In this document: positions 40,752 through 49,700 of the stretch, piece by piece
Layout: every line of letters begins with the position of its first letter
How positions within the stretch are numbered: position 1 is the first letter of the stretch
Assembly: GCA_964534395.1 (NCBI GenBank)
Contig: CAZHOW010000015.1
Coordinates: 517-64,516 of the forward strand
Origin: an uncultured Lishizhenia sp.
GTDB lineage: Bacteria; Bacteroidota; Bacteroidia; Flavobacteriales_D; Crocinitomicaceae
Length of the DNA stretch: 64,000 nt
Direction of reading: 5' to 3'
Notes under the pieces: generated by a model
The model's database searches: none
What the model saw: the letters and a program-made list of their open reading frames with translations, nothing else
Told to the model about the DNA's origin: nothing
Translations under genes and position numbers: made by a program

Positions 40752-41890
40752 TTCTTCATTCGCAATTTTATTCCCGGAAGCAATAGCCATAAAATCCAAC
40801 ACGAAAGCGATAGAATCAACGGCACCTGGTATCTGCTTTCCGCAATTTCGAACTCCAAATCTCGCAATTTCGCTCGTTTCATCTGGTTAATTTGTGTTAA
40901 TATCGTTTGTAAATCCGGATAAGCTTCAGATGTCGTCATCGCATACCCATTCGTTTTGTTGGCGATTTGCTTCACAAAATCTGGATTCATTTTTGAAACT
41001 ACATTTTGTCCAAACGCGTTTTTTCGATAGCCATTTTGCGGATTATTCGGATCTTCCGGGACTGGTCCACCTAACTCAGTTCCAATTCCCAAAGCACAAA
41101 CTTGGATTTCGTTTTCGATTATTTGATTGTAAATTTCTTCGTTTCCTTGTTCGTGATTTTCACCATCGGTGACAACCAAAATCGCCTTGGTCATTTTCTC
41201 CTTGGTAAACATCGTCATCGCTGTGGAAAGTGCATCTGGAATATTTGTTCCTTGTCTCGAAATGGAATAGGTACTTACATCCTCCACGAATAATTTCGCT
41301 GCGTTGTAATCCGATGTTAATGGCAATTGAACGTACGAACTTCCTGCAAATAAACAAAGTCCGATTTTTTCTCCTGACAAGGTATTGATTAGTGCATTTA
41401 AAGAGCGCTTAGCAATTTCTAGTCTCGGAGTTGATTCAATATCACACGTATTCATTGAATTGGAAACATCAAGGCAAACGACCAATTCCATACTTTTCAT
41501 CGTTCCCTTTACCTTTTTACGACCATAAATTGGCTGCGCTAATGCGAGAATTAAGAAAACAAATGAAGTTCTAAGTAGAAAAAATCGTGTGATTGCCCAA
41601 AACAAAGATCCTTGAACCAACCCTTTGAGACTAAATTGCGATAAATTCGAATCAATTTTGTTTTTTCGTTTCAAGGATAAAATGAACAAATAAGAAAATG
41701 GAATGAGAGCCAAAAGCAGATAAAAATAATCTGGTTTGGCAAACTGAAAACCATATTTGTCACCTGTCAGTGGTGCTAAAAACCCAAAACTTTGGACGAA
41801 CAAATAGAAAATCAACCAAAAACCGATTTCCAATACGGCTAATGTGCGAATGACCTTTTTGATTGGATATGTCAATTGATTCTTATTCAT
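40748..41890 (-). CDS. batB: BatB-like von Willebrand factor A membrane protein
   Basis: 380 aa. N-terminal TM helices, VWA MIDAS motif (VCLDVSNSM ... TDGENH). Confidence 0.8.
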   Translation of the reverse strand: MNKNQLTYPIKKVIRTLAVLEIGFWLIFYLFVQSFGFLAPLTGDKYGFQFAKPDYFYLLLALIPFSYLFILSLKRKNKIDSNLSQFSLKGLVQGSLFWAITRFFLLRTSFVFLILALAQPIYGRKKVKGTMKSMELVVCLDVSNSMNTCDIESTPRLEIAKRSLNALINTLSGEKIGLCLFAGSSYVQLPLTSDYNAAKLFVEDVSTYSISRQGTNIPDALSTAMTMFTKEKMTKAILVVTDGENHEQGNEEIYNQIIENEIQVCALGIGTELGGPVPEDPNNPQNGYRKNAFGQNVVSKMNPDFVKQIANKTNGYAMTTSEAYPDLQTILTQINQMKRAKLRDLEFEIAESRYQVPLILSLSCWILWLLLPGIKLRMKK

Positions 41891-42914
41891 TGCTCACAAA
41901 TAATCCAAATTCAGTTACTAATATGATTGTCAAAATCAAAAACGCCCAATTCAAAAACGATCCAGGTGTTGCCGGTGGTTCGGATTGATAATGTTTATCA
42001 ACCATTTTTCGTTTTTCTAAATCTTCAATTTCGTCATAAATTGATCGTAAACTTTTTTCATCTTTGGCTCGAAAGTATTGTCCGCCGGTGGCTTCTGCGA
42101 CTTGAACCAGAGTTTGTTCATCAATCTCTACGGGTTGGTTTTCGAAACGAACTCCCATTGGCGTTACAACGGGTGTTGGCGCAATTCCTTCACTTCCAAC
42201 TCCAATCGTGTAAACACAAATATTCTTCGCCTTTGCCAATTCAGCAGCTTGTTGAGGAGTGATGTCCCCTGCGTTGTTGACTCCATCTGTTAAGAGAATA
42301 ATCACTTTTGATTTTAAACTATCGCTTCTTAAATGAACGACAGCAGTTCCCAGACCCGTTCCGATTGCCGTTCCAGGTTCGAGATTCATTCCATCGGTTT
42401 GGTCGATTTGATTTTTTAGGACTTCGTAGTCGAGCGTTGCCGGACAAGCAGTGTATGCTTCACTAGAATAAACAACTAAGCCGATTCTGTCGCCTCGTCG
42501 TCCATCGATAAATTCCTTTGCTACTTCCTTGGCGGCTTCCAAACGATTGGGTTTGAAATCGGTCGCTAACATCGAAAGCGAAACATCAATGGCCAACACA
42601 ATGTCGATTCCATATTTGTAATCTTCTGTTTGTGCATCCTTATCGTTCCAACGAAATGGTTTTGCCAAAGCGATAATAAACAAAGTTAAAACGACTAATT
42701 TCCCAAGAATCAATGCTTGTCGAACGTAAACGATAGGTTTGAACTCAAACTTTCGCTGAATCTGAGCAGAACTGCTGAATTTCCAATCTCCTTTTCGCTT
42801 GGTTTCAATTCGCCACAAATGCCAACCAATAACAGGAACTAAGAGCAACAACCACAACCATTCCGGTTGGAAGAAATCAAATTGTAAGAGATTGATATTC
42901 CAATTATCCAACAT
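41883..42914 (-). CDS. batA: BatA-like von Willebrand factor A membrane protein
   Basis: FFQPEWLWLLLLVPVIGW N-terminal helix, VWA MIDAS (LAIDVSLSM ... LTDGVNNAG), C-terminal TM helix. ATG at 42914 preferred over the TTG at 42944. Confidence 0.8.
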   Translation of the reverse strand: MLDNWNINLLQFDFFQPEWLWLLLLVPVIGWHLWRIETKRKGDWKFSSSAQIQRKFEFKPIVYVRQALILGKLVVLTLFIIALAKPFRWNDKDAQTEDYKYGIDIVLAIDVSLSMLATDFKPNRLEAAKEVAKEFIDGRRGDRIGLVVYSSEAYTACPATLDYEVLKNQIDQTDGMNLEPGTAIGTGLGTAVVHLRSDSLKSKVIILLTDGVNNAGDITPQQAAELAKAKNICVYTIGVGSEGIAPTPVVTPMGVRFENQPVEIDEQTLVQVAEATGGQYFRAKDEKSLRSIYDEIEDLEKRKMVDKHYQSEPPATPGSFLNWAFLILTIILVTEFGLFVSNE

Positions 42915-43851
42915 ACTCGAATTCAATTGGGCTGGTTTCAACAACTGTTTGACGAAGCAAAAACAAGGATTTTTGAATCAATTCTTCCGTGGGTTCGGAT
43001 GCGGCAAATTTCACCATATCGGAATGACTCAACAAACGCAAAATGGTTTCAACAATGTCTTTTCTCAATCCCGCCTGCGTGAGAAGCAAACGCGTTTCAT
43101 TGGTTGTTTTATCTAACAAACTCAATTCATAACGAGCTGTTAAATAAGACCTTAAAATATAAGATAACTCAACAAAATGTTCTTTCAATTGATCTTTTCG
43201 CCACATTTCGGCTTTTTCCAAGGCATCAATTGCCAACAAGGTTTTCGCTTTTAAAGAAATTTCCATTTGCGGTCGTTCGATGGGTTTGTTTTTTCTTGAT
43301 ACAACCCATCGATAAATCAGGTATCCAATTAATGGTAATAACCACCAAGCGATGTATTTCAAGAAGAAAATAATCCAAGATTTTCTTTCAGGTGTTTTTG
43401 CAAATGATTCCTTGATATCATAAATTTCTTGACCTTTTTTGTGGGGGACTAACTTACATTCGAGATAAACAGATGGAAAATCATACGTTGAATAATTTAT
43501 GGTAAAACGTTGCCCTTGCAAAACGACCAAACCCGAATCCCAAGGAGTAAGTTCATAAACGCCCATCCAGGTTTTCTTATTCCCTTTGTCAATGATCGTA
43601 TCTTCGAACAGAGTAATTTCTATTTCGTTGAAATTAGAAGTGGTAAGGGATGAATTTTCAGAAGTTAATTTAGCAGGAAAAATTCCAGAATGCGGGTTGA
43701 AATTAAATTTATCCTTTTTATCCAATTCGATTCGGTAAACTAAATTAACACGGTCACCTATTTCAACCACTTTTTTGGAAATACTTGCTTGCGGTTGCTG
43801 ACAAAGCAAAGTCCAAGGTAAAATCAAAAACAAAAGTGAAAAATACTTCAT
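42904..43851 (-). CDS. Bat-operon membrane protein: N-terminal beta-rich ectodomain plus DUF4381-like TM/helical part
   Basis: 315 aa. Signal peptide, central TM helix IAWWLLPLIGYLIYRWVV followed by a basic stretch and a helical tail. ATGA overlap with the DUF58 gene stop. Confidence 0.55.
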   Translation of the reverse strand: MKYFSLLFLILPWTLLCQQPQASISKKVVEIGDRVNLVYRIELDKKDKFNFNPHSGIFPAKLTSENSSLTTSNFNEIEITLFEDTIIDKGNKKTWMGVYELTPWDSGLVVLQGQRFTINYSTYDFPSVYLECKLVPHKKGQEIYDIKESFAKTPERKSWIIFFLKYIAWWLLPLIGYLIYRWVVSRKNKPIERPQMEISLKAKTLLAIDALEKAEMWRKDQLKEHFVELSYILRSYLTARYELSLLDKTTNETRLLLTQAGLRKDIVETILRLLSHSDMVKFAASEPTEELIQKSLFLLRQTVVETSPIEFEYVG

Positions 43852-44717
43852 CTTCGACTTTTGAATAATTGAACCAAAGGTGGAACGATGTTTTGTTCCG
43901 TATCAATAAACACGTGATCTATTCCCGAACGTTTGAATTCGTCAGACAAATTGTTTTCACGTAACTCGAATTCGTTTTTAAAAAGTTGTTGGGTTGACTC
44001 GGAACCAGCGTTTACCCAAGTTGTTTCATTAGTTTCTGAATTTAAAAACTGAATCCACCCGGAAAGTGGAATTTTCTGCTCCGAACGGTCGTTGACTTTG
44101 ATCGCCACCAAGTCGTGGTGTTTCTTCGTACGTTTGGCATCTTCCATAAACGGAATATCACACTCAAAATCGCTGATTAAAAAACTAATGCTTCTTTTTT
44201 TGTGGGTGTTTCTCAAGAATTTCAGCGCTTCTGTCAAATTCGTTCCTTGGCTTTTTGCCTCAAATTCAATGAGTTGTCTTAAAATTAATAAAATGTGTTC
44301 TCTGCCTTTTTTAGGAGAAATGTATAATTCAATTTGATCTGAAAACAAGATTGCACCTACTTTATCATTATTTGCCAAAGCTGAAAATGCGAGTGTCGCT
44401 GCAATTTCAATTTGTCGTTGCTTTTTGGAACGCAATTCAAACCCAAATTCCGAAGAACCTGAAATATCGACTAAAAGCATAACGGTCAATTCGCGTTCTT
44501 CTTCGAATACTTTTACGAAAGGAGAATTGTAGCGAGCGGTAACATTCCAATCAATTGTTCTGATTTCATCTCCGATTTGGTAATCACGAACTTCACTAAA
44601 TGCCATTCCTCTTCCTTTGAAAGCAGACTTGTATTGACCAGAAAAAACCTGTTTGGTTAAACCTTTGGTTTTTATTTCCAGCGTTCGAATGGACTTGATG
44701 AGTTTGGCTGTATTCAC
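43848..44717 (-). CDS. DUF58-domain protein (VWA-like, MoxR partner)
   Basis: 289 aa. GQYKSAFKGRGMAFSEVRDYQIGDEIRTIDWNVTAR signature. GTG start, the only start near the conserved N-terminus. Confidence 0.85.
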   Translation of the reverse strand: MNTAKLIKSIRTLEIKTKGLTKQVFSGQYKSAFKGRGMAFSEVRDYQIGDEIRTIDWNVTARYNSPFVKVFEEERELTVMLLVDISGSSEFGFELRSKKQRQIEIAATLAFSALANNDKVGAILFSDQIELYISPKKGREHILLILRQLIEFEAKSQGTNLTEALKFLRNTHKKRSISFLISDFECDIPFMEDAKRTKKHHDLVAIKVNDRSEQKIPLSGWIQFLNSETNETTWVNAGSESTQQLFKNEFELRENNLSDEFKRSGIDHVFIDTEQNIVPPLVQLFKSRR

Positions 44718-44724
44718 GATTCAG

Positions 44725-45747
44725 TTATGGAACTTCAACTTGCGAAACAATCTTTTCAATGATGTCTTTGGATGTCAGATTTTCAGCCTCTGCTTCATAG
44801 GTAATGCCAATTCGATGTTGTAAAACGTCAACCGCCACCGAACGAATATCGTCCGGAACAACGAACGCACGACCTTGAAGAAACGCAAACGATTTCGCTG
44901 CCAAAGCCAAATTGATGCTTCCCCTCGGAGAAGAACCAAAAGCCAACATATTTGCAAAATTGCTCAGTCCAACCGAAGTAGGATTCCGAGTTGCGAAAAT
45001 GATATCGACGATGTATTGTTCGATTTTCTCATCCAAATAAACTCTTCTTGCCAACTCGCGTAAACGAATAATATCCTCTGTTTTTAGGATTTGTTTTGGT
45101 TTGTGCAAACCTTCCGGACGAATGTTGGTTCGAACGATTTGACGCTCTTCCTCTTTCGTTGGATAACCCAAGGAAACTTTTAACATAAAACGATCGACTT
45201 GTGCTTCCGGCAACGGATAGGTTCCTTCTTGTTCTATTGGATTTTGCGTGGCTAAAACTAAAAACGGATCTGGCAATTTAAACGTCTCTTCGCCGATGGT
45301 AATTTGTCGTTCCTGCATTGCTTCCAACAAGGCACTTTGAACTTTCGCAGGTGCTCGGTTGATTTCATCCGCTAAAACAAATGAAGCGAAAACGGGACCT
45401 TTCTTAACAGCAAAGGATTCCGATTTTTGATGGTAAACCATCGTTCCTGTTAAATCCGCTGGAAGTAAATCCGGAGTAAATTGAATGCGATTAAACGATC
45501 CATCAATAGCATCTGCAAGCGTTTTAATAGCCAACGTTTTTGCAAGTCCGGGAACTCCTTCCAATAAAATATGTCCATTGGATAAAAGTGCGATCAACAA
45601 GGAATCAAGCATTTTGTGCTGACCAATAATCGTTTTAGAAATTTCTGCTTTTAACGTTTCAATTCCGACTAATTCGATTTTAATTTCTTCGCTTAATTTA
45701 CGAAGTGCTTCCGCCGGATTGACAGCGTTGGATGGGTTTTCAAACAT
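44725..45747 (-). CDS. moxR: MoxR-family AAA+ ATPase
   Basis: Walker A GVPGLAKT, Walker B VLADEINRA, sensor region ATQNPIEQEGTYPLPEAQVDRF. ATG at 45747 (MFENPSN...) preferred over the 50-codon upstream extension in the track. Confidence 0.9.
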   Translation of the reverse strand: MFENPSNAVNPAEALRKLSEEIKIELVGIETLKAEISKTIIGQHKMLDSLLIALLSNGHILLEGVPGLAKTLAIKTLADAIDGSFNRIQFTPDLLPADLTGTMVYHQKSESFAVKKGPVFASFVLADEINRAPAKVQSALLEAMQERQITIGEETFKLPDPFLVLATQNPIEQEGTYPLPEAQVDRFMLKVSLGYPTKEEERQIVRTNIRPEGLHKPKQILKTEDIIRLRELARRVYLDEKIEQYIVDIIFATRNPTSVGLSNFANMLAFGSSPRGSINLALAAKSFAFLQGRAFVVPDDIRSVAVDVLQHRIGITYEAEAENLTSKDIIEKIVSQVEVP

Positions 45748-45841
45748 AGAAGGTAATTGATGAAGAACAAAGTTGTCAAAGTTTGGTCGGAAACACTTGT
45801 TTTTGCTGTTAATTCTTGTTAATCTTGTCAGCATCAATGCT

Positions 45842-46204
45842 ATGGAAAAACGAACGTGCCCCGAATGCGGAATAAAAGTCTCCGGTAGAAAAGACAAAGT
45901 GTTTTGCTCGGATTATTGCAGAAATACCTTCAACAATCGTCAAAATGAAGATGCAAATGCAACGGTTCGAAAAATCAATGCCATTCTGCGAAAAAACCGA
46001 CGGATTTTAGCCACTCTGAATCCCAACGGAAAGAAAACGGTTGATGGAATTACACTCGCCGAGCAAGGTTTCAACTTTCATTATTTTACCAATATTTATA
46101 AAACCCAAAAAGGCGCTCAGTATTTTTTCTGTTACGATTATGGTTATTTGAAATTGGAAAATGATCAATATATGTTGGTTCAGAAGCAGGATTATGTGAG
46201 GTGA
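45842..46204 (+). CDS. Conserved small zinc-ribbon protein (CxxC ... FCSxxC)
   Basis: ATG at 45842 gives MEKRTCPECGIKVSGRKDKVFCSDYCRNTFNNR... (120 aa). The longer track ORF (45773) would overlap the moxR promoter and 5-prime end. Function unknown. Confidence 0.65.
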   Translation: MEKRTCPECGIKVSGRKDKVFCSDYCRNTFNNRQNEDANATVRKINAILRKNRRILATLNPNGKKTVDGITLAEQGFNFHYFTNIYKTQKGAQYFFCYDYGYLKLENDQYMLVQKQDYVR

Positions 46205-46242
46205 AAATGAATTTTAGAATTGAAAATGTAGAATTTAGAATT
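46203..46242. repeat. Imperfect tandem duplication (19 + 21 nt): GAAAATGAATTTTAGAATT / GAAAATGTAGAATTTAGAATT
   Basis: Read directly. Begins within the stop codon of the zinc-ribbon gene. Confidence 0.85.
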
Positions 46243-46313
46243 GGGAAGTAAAATTTAAAATTCTGATTATGGTTAACAATTCTTGTGAGTCGCGGTAAAT
46301 GAAATTAGTTTTA

Positions 46314-46330
46314 TTTGCATTAAATGCAAA
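46314..46330. other. Perfect 8-1-8 palindrome TTTGCATT-A-AATGCAAA
   Basis: All eight arm positions are complementary. Followed by GTTAGATTTTG, so it could act as a weak AU-rich terminator hairpin or a dimeric protein-binding site. Confidence 0.4.
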
Positions 46331-46352
46331 GTTAGATTTTGCTTCCTCCATT

Positions 46353-46404
46353 GAGGGAGGATTGAGGAGGGTGAAACAACTCATTGTCCCTCTTAATCTC
46401 CCTT
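46353..46404 (+). other. GC-rich extended hairpin (about 17 bp stem, two 1-nt bulges, 16-nt loop), candidate structured RNA or REP-like element
   Basis: The 5-prime arm GAGGGAGGATTGAGGAGGG pairs with the 3-prime arm CCCTCTTAATCTCCCTT. Three G-T pairs are wobble-compatible only if the + strand is the RNA. A competing small hairpin CCTCC-ATTGA-GGGAGG lies at 46345-46360. Confidence 0.4.
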
Positions 46405-46651
46405 CCTGCATCATGCGGACAGCATAGGAGAGAAACCAATTTTATTTTTCGTCTGAAGATATTTTTGAGTTTACACTAATCTTTTATACGGCGAGGCGGG
46501 AGTATAAGAACAAAAGCATGTATGGATGACAGTATTGGAGCAAAAGAGCGGTTAGCTGAAAGTTAAGGATTTAGCTTTTAAATCAATTAGGACGAATATT
46601 TAAAGTCCAAATATCTTGAAATCTACACTTCTAAAGGTGAATTTGTGATAA

Positions 46652-46684
46652 CAAAAAAACGGCCAGGTTTCCCCAGCCGTTTGT
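46652..46684 (-). terminator. Rho-independent terminator of the giant T9SS gene
   Basis: The minus strand reads AAACGGCTGGGGAAACCTGGCCGTTTTTTT: a GC-containing stem, a tetraloop and a T7 run. Begins about 18 nt after the stop at 46702. Confidence 0.75.
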
Positions 46685-46701
46685 GAATGTATTATAAGAT
46701 A

Positions 46702-49700
46702 TTATTTCACCGCATGTTTAATCACTTGGGTGGTTTTAGAACCAGTTGAAATACTTAGGAAATAGATACCTGGGTTCAGTGATTCAGTAATCACAAACAT
46801 GTTTATTCCATCTTTCACTTCTATGGATCGTTGGTCAATTACTTTTCCTTGAGCGTCCACAATGTTTAGTGTACATGCACCAAGAATTTCTTTGTTGTTC
46901 ACCACTACTTGGAATTCATCACCTGATGGGTTCGGGTAACTTGTAAAGTATCCCGCTGTTGTTTCAACACAACTCACATTGATTGGATCATATACTTTTT
47001 CTGTTCCGTCAATATCTACTTGATGTAAACGATAGTAGTTATTTCCATTTGTTCCGTTCTTATCAACTGCTTGGTATGTAATCAATTCATTTGAAGTTCC
47101 AGCAGAAGGAACTGTAGACAATAACTGCCAGTTTTCACCGTCTCTTGATTTCTCTACGTTGAAGTGAGAGCTATTGAATTCTGAAGCTGTTTGCCATGTC
47201 AAATTAACTACACCTTCTTCGCAAAGACCAGAGAAAGAAACCAATTCAACTGGTAACGGGTTGTTGTTGCCACTTCCTGCCCCAAACCAGCTAAATCCTG
47301 TTGAAGTTCCTGTTACAGTAAAATCAGAGTTTGAATTACCAATCACCGGGCTCTGCCCAAATGTTAATGCTGACCATGTTCTGTGGTTCTCTTGTTGGTT
47401 ATTTGAACCAGCAGCTTTAATGATACGAACGGTAGAGCGATCATTCACGTTGGATAAGTTTTTCATTTGCAACGTAATCGTATATGGAGTAGTGTTGATT
47501 GATTGAGTATAATCATTTGCAGTAGGGTTAATTTCCCAATAACCTTCCTCATCAAAATTCTGAATCAAAACTCCATCTCCTGTTGTTAGTGGAAGACCTG
47601 TATACAATGGTGCAGTACCTCCCGCAGCTCCTCCTTGGTATTTAACCGTCAAATATTGATTTGCACCAGGTGAACTAGTAAAGGCAATTGTTGCTCCTCG
47701 AGTATTTGAAGTATTACCAACAGGGAAATACGCACTAGAACCAGGTGTTGAAGGAAAATAACGTCTTAAGGCTCCGGTAATTCTTCCACTATTTGTTGCA
47801 TTATGGCTTATCGAACCTGGATTTGAAGAATTTGTACCTATTGTTATCAATGCTGAGTTTACAATATCTCCTTTGGTCATTTTAAGAGTATCAGTTACAG
47901 TAACGGGAGCTGAAATAGTTAAAAAACCTGTATTTTTATTTATCTCCAATTTAGCTACTGAAATTTGCTGACCACTAATTGTCTGATCAATTGTATTATT
48001 AAAAATTAATGAACCTATATCTCCAGAAGTTCCGGCTATTATTTCACCGTTATTCACTAAATTACCTTTAAAGATAATTGTATAACCGTCTTCTTTTGTA
48101 AAGGTTGCACCATTTCCTACAGTTAAACTATGCAAAATAGTATAACTACCGGATGATGAAACGCCTGCACTATCACCAATCGTTAAATCATATATCTCAC
48201 CGTTTTGAAAAAGACCATCCGTTATCTGTGAAGAATCCGTTAAATTTAATTTTGACTGAGCAACAGAACCAATAAGACCTCCATTGGATGTAGATATTCC
48301 GAATCCTCCAGAATAGTTTAATGTTTTACCATTCAAGTCTAGGTTTCCTTGTTCAAAATCTAGTGCACCAGAAACACTAATATCATTACTCAAACGAACT
48401 ACACCCTGAGACTTAGCAATTCTAACATTCGAAAAATTCAAAGCTCCCGTTCCGCGAATAATTTGCACAGCTGAATTTCCAGTAAAGTTCACTAAACCAT
48501 TTCCAGCATTAATATTACCATCATTTACAAAATTTCCTCTAACATTAATGGATGCATTATTTCCTAAAGTAACATTTGCATTTTGACCAATATAAATATT
48601 GTCAGACCTGAAATTTCCTGAATTTGGAATTGTTAAATCGCTGGAAACACATGACACAGCTTGGGAGGAACTAACTACAAAAACTTCATGATTTTCTTGA
48701 GGTACTTGATTTGCAACCGAGTAAATTCCATTATTAAGAACATACCAGTTTCCTGATACATTTCCATTTGAGTTAATGTTTCCATTCCACAAGTAATCAC
48801 CATTTCCAATTGTTGTACCATCAATTGTGATTGATGTAGTTGGTTGAGAAACTGTTACTTCTCTTGTAGCCGTTGCATTTGCACATCCACCTGTTCCTGT
48901 AACTGTATATGTCATTGTCGCTGATCCAATTGCGACACCTGTTACCACTCCCGAGCTATTAATTGTAGCGACTGCAGTATTACTTGAAGACCAAGCTCCG
49001 CCTGATACTGTTGAAGCTAACGTTGTTGTTCCGTTAGAACAAATTGCTTGTGTTCCGCTTAATGTACCTGCTGATGGAGCAGCTGTTACTGTAATCGTTC
49101 CCGTTGCATTAACGGAACCACAACCTCCAGTCAATGGAATACTATAATTGAATGTTCCTGATGCTGTTGGTGTACCACTTATTGTAATAACGTTCGATGC
49201 CCACGATGCCGTTACACCTGCAGGAAGTCCTGTTGCTGTTCCAATTCCTGTGGCACCAGTTGTTGTTCGGGTAATGTTTGTTAAAGCAGTATTGATACAC
49301 AAAGTAGGATTTGATGAAGCCGTTCCAGCGGTGTTTGCTGCTGTTACTGTAATTGCAATTGAATAAGTATTACTAACAAAACCATAAGTACTATTTTTCA
49401 CTGTCAGTGTTCCATTATAAATACCTACTGCTAATCCAGCTGGTAAAGTAATTGTAATAGGACTTCCAGATAAATTGGCATCTGTCACATCTGTAATCCC
49501 TGAAGTGAAATCAATGCTGTATTGATTTGGGCAACCTGTGGTGGTTGAGTATGCCAAAGTTACATTTTGTGCCGAAGCACTGAAACATGCCGAAGCGGTT
49601 GTATTTGTTAAGGTAATAGTTGGGTTATTTGGTAAAGAGTATGTCACTCTAACTAAACCATCGGCACCTTGACCACCGCCATTTTCACCACCGCCACCGC

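Noticed and set aside
45748-45897. 50-codon N-terminal extension of moxR, and the 45773 start of the zinc-ribbon ORF, which would make the two genes overlap head-to-head
   Set aside because: The extensions have no conserved features. The internal ATGs at 45747 and 45842 give products that begin where homologous families begin, and they leave a normal 94-bp divergent promoter region.
46595-46615. AAAGTCC, reminiscent of the RNase P RNA CR-I motif, in the ORF-free spacer
   Set aside because: The flanking sequence lacks the GAGGAAAGUCCGGGC context and the other conserved RNase P regions. I also saw no tmRNA, SRP or 6S signatures.
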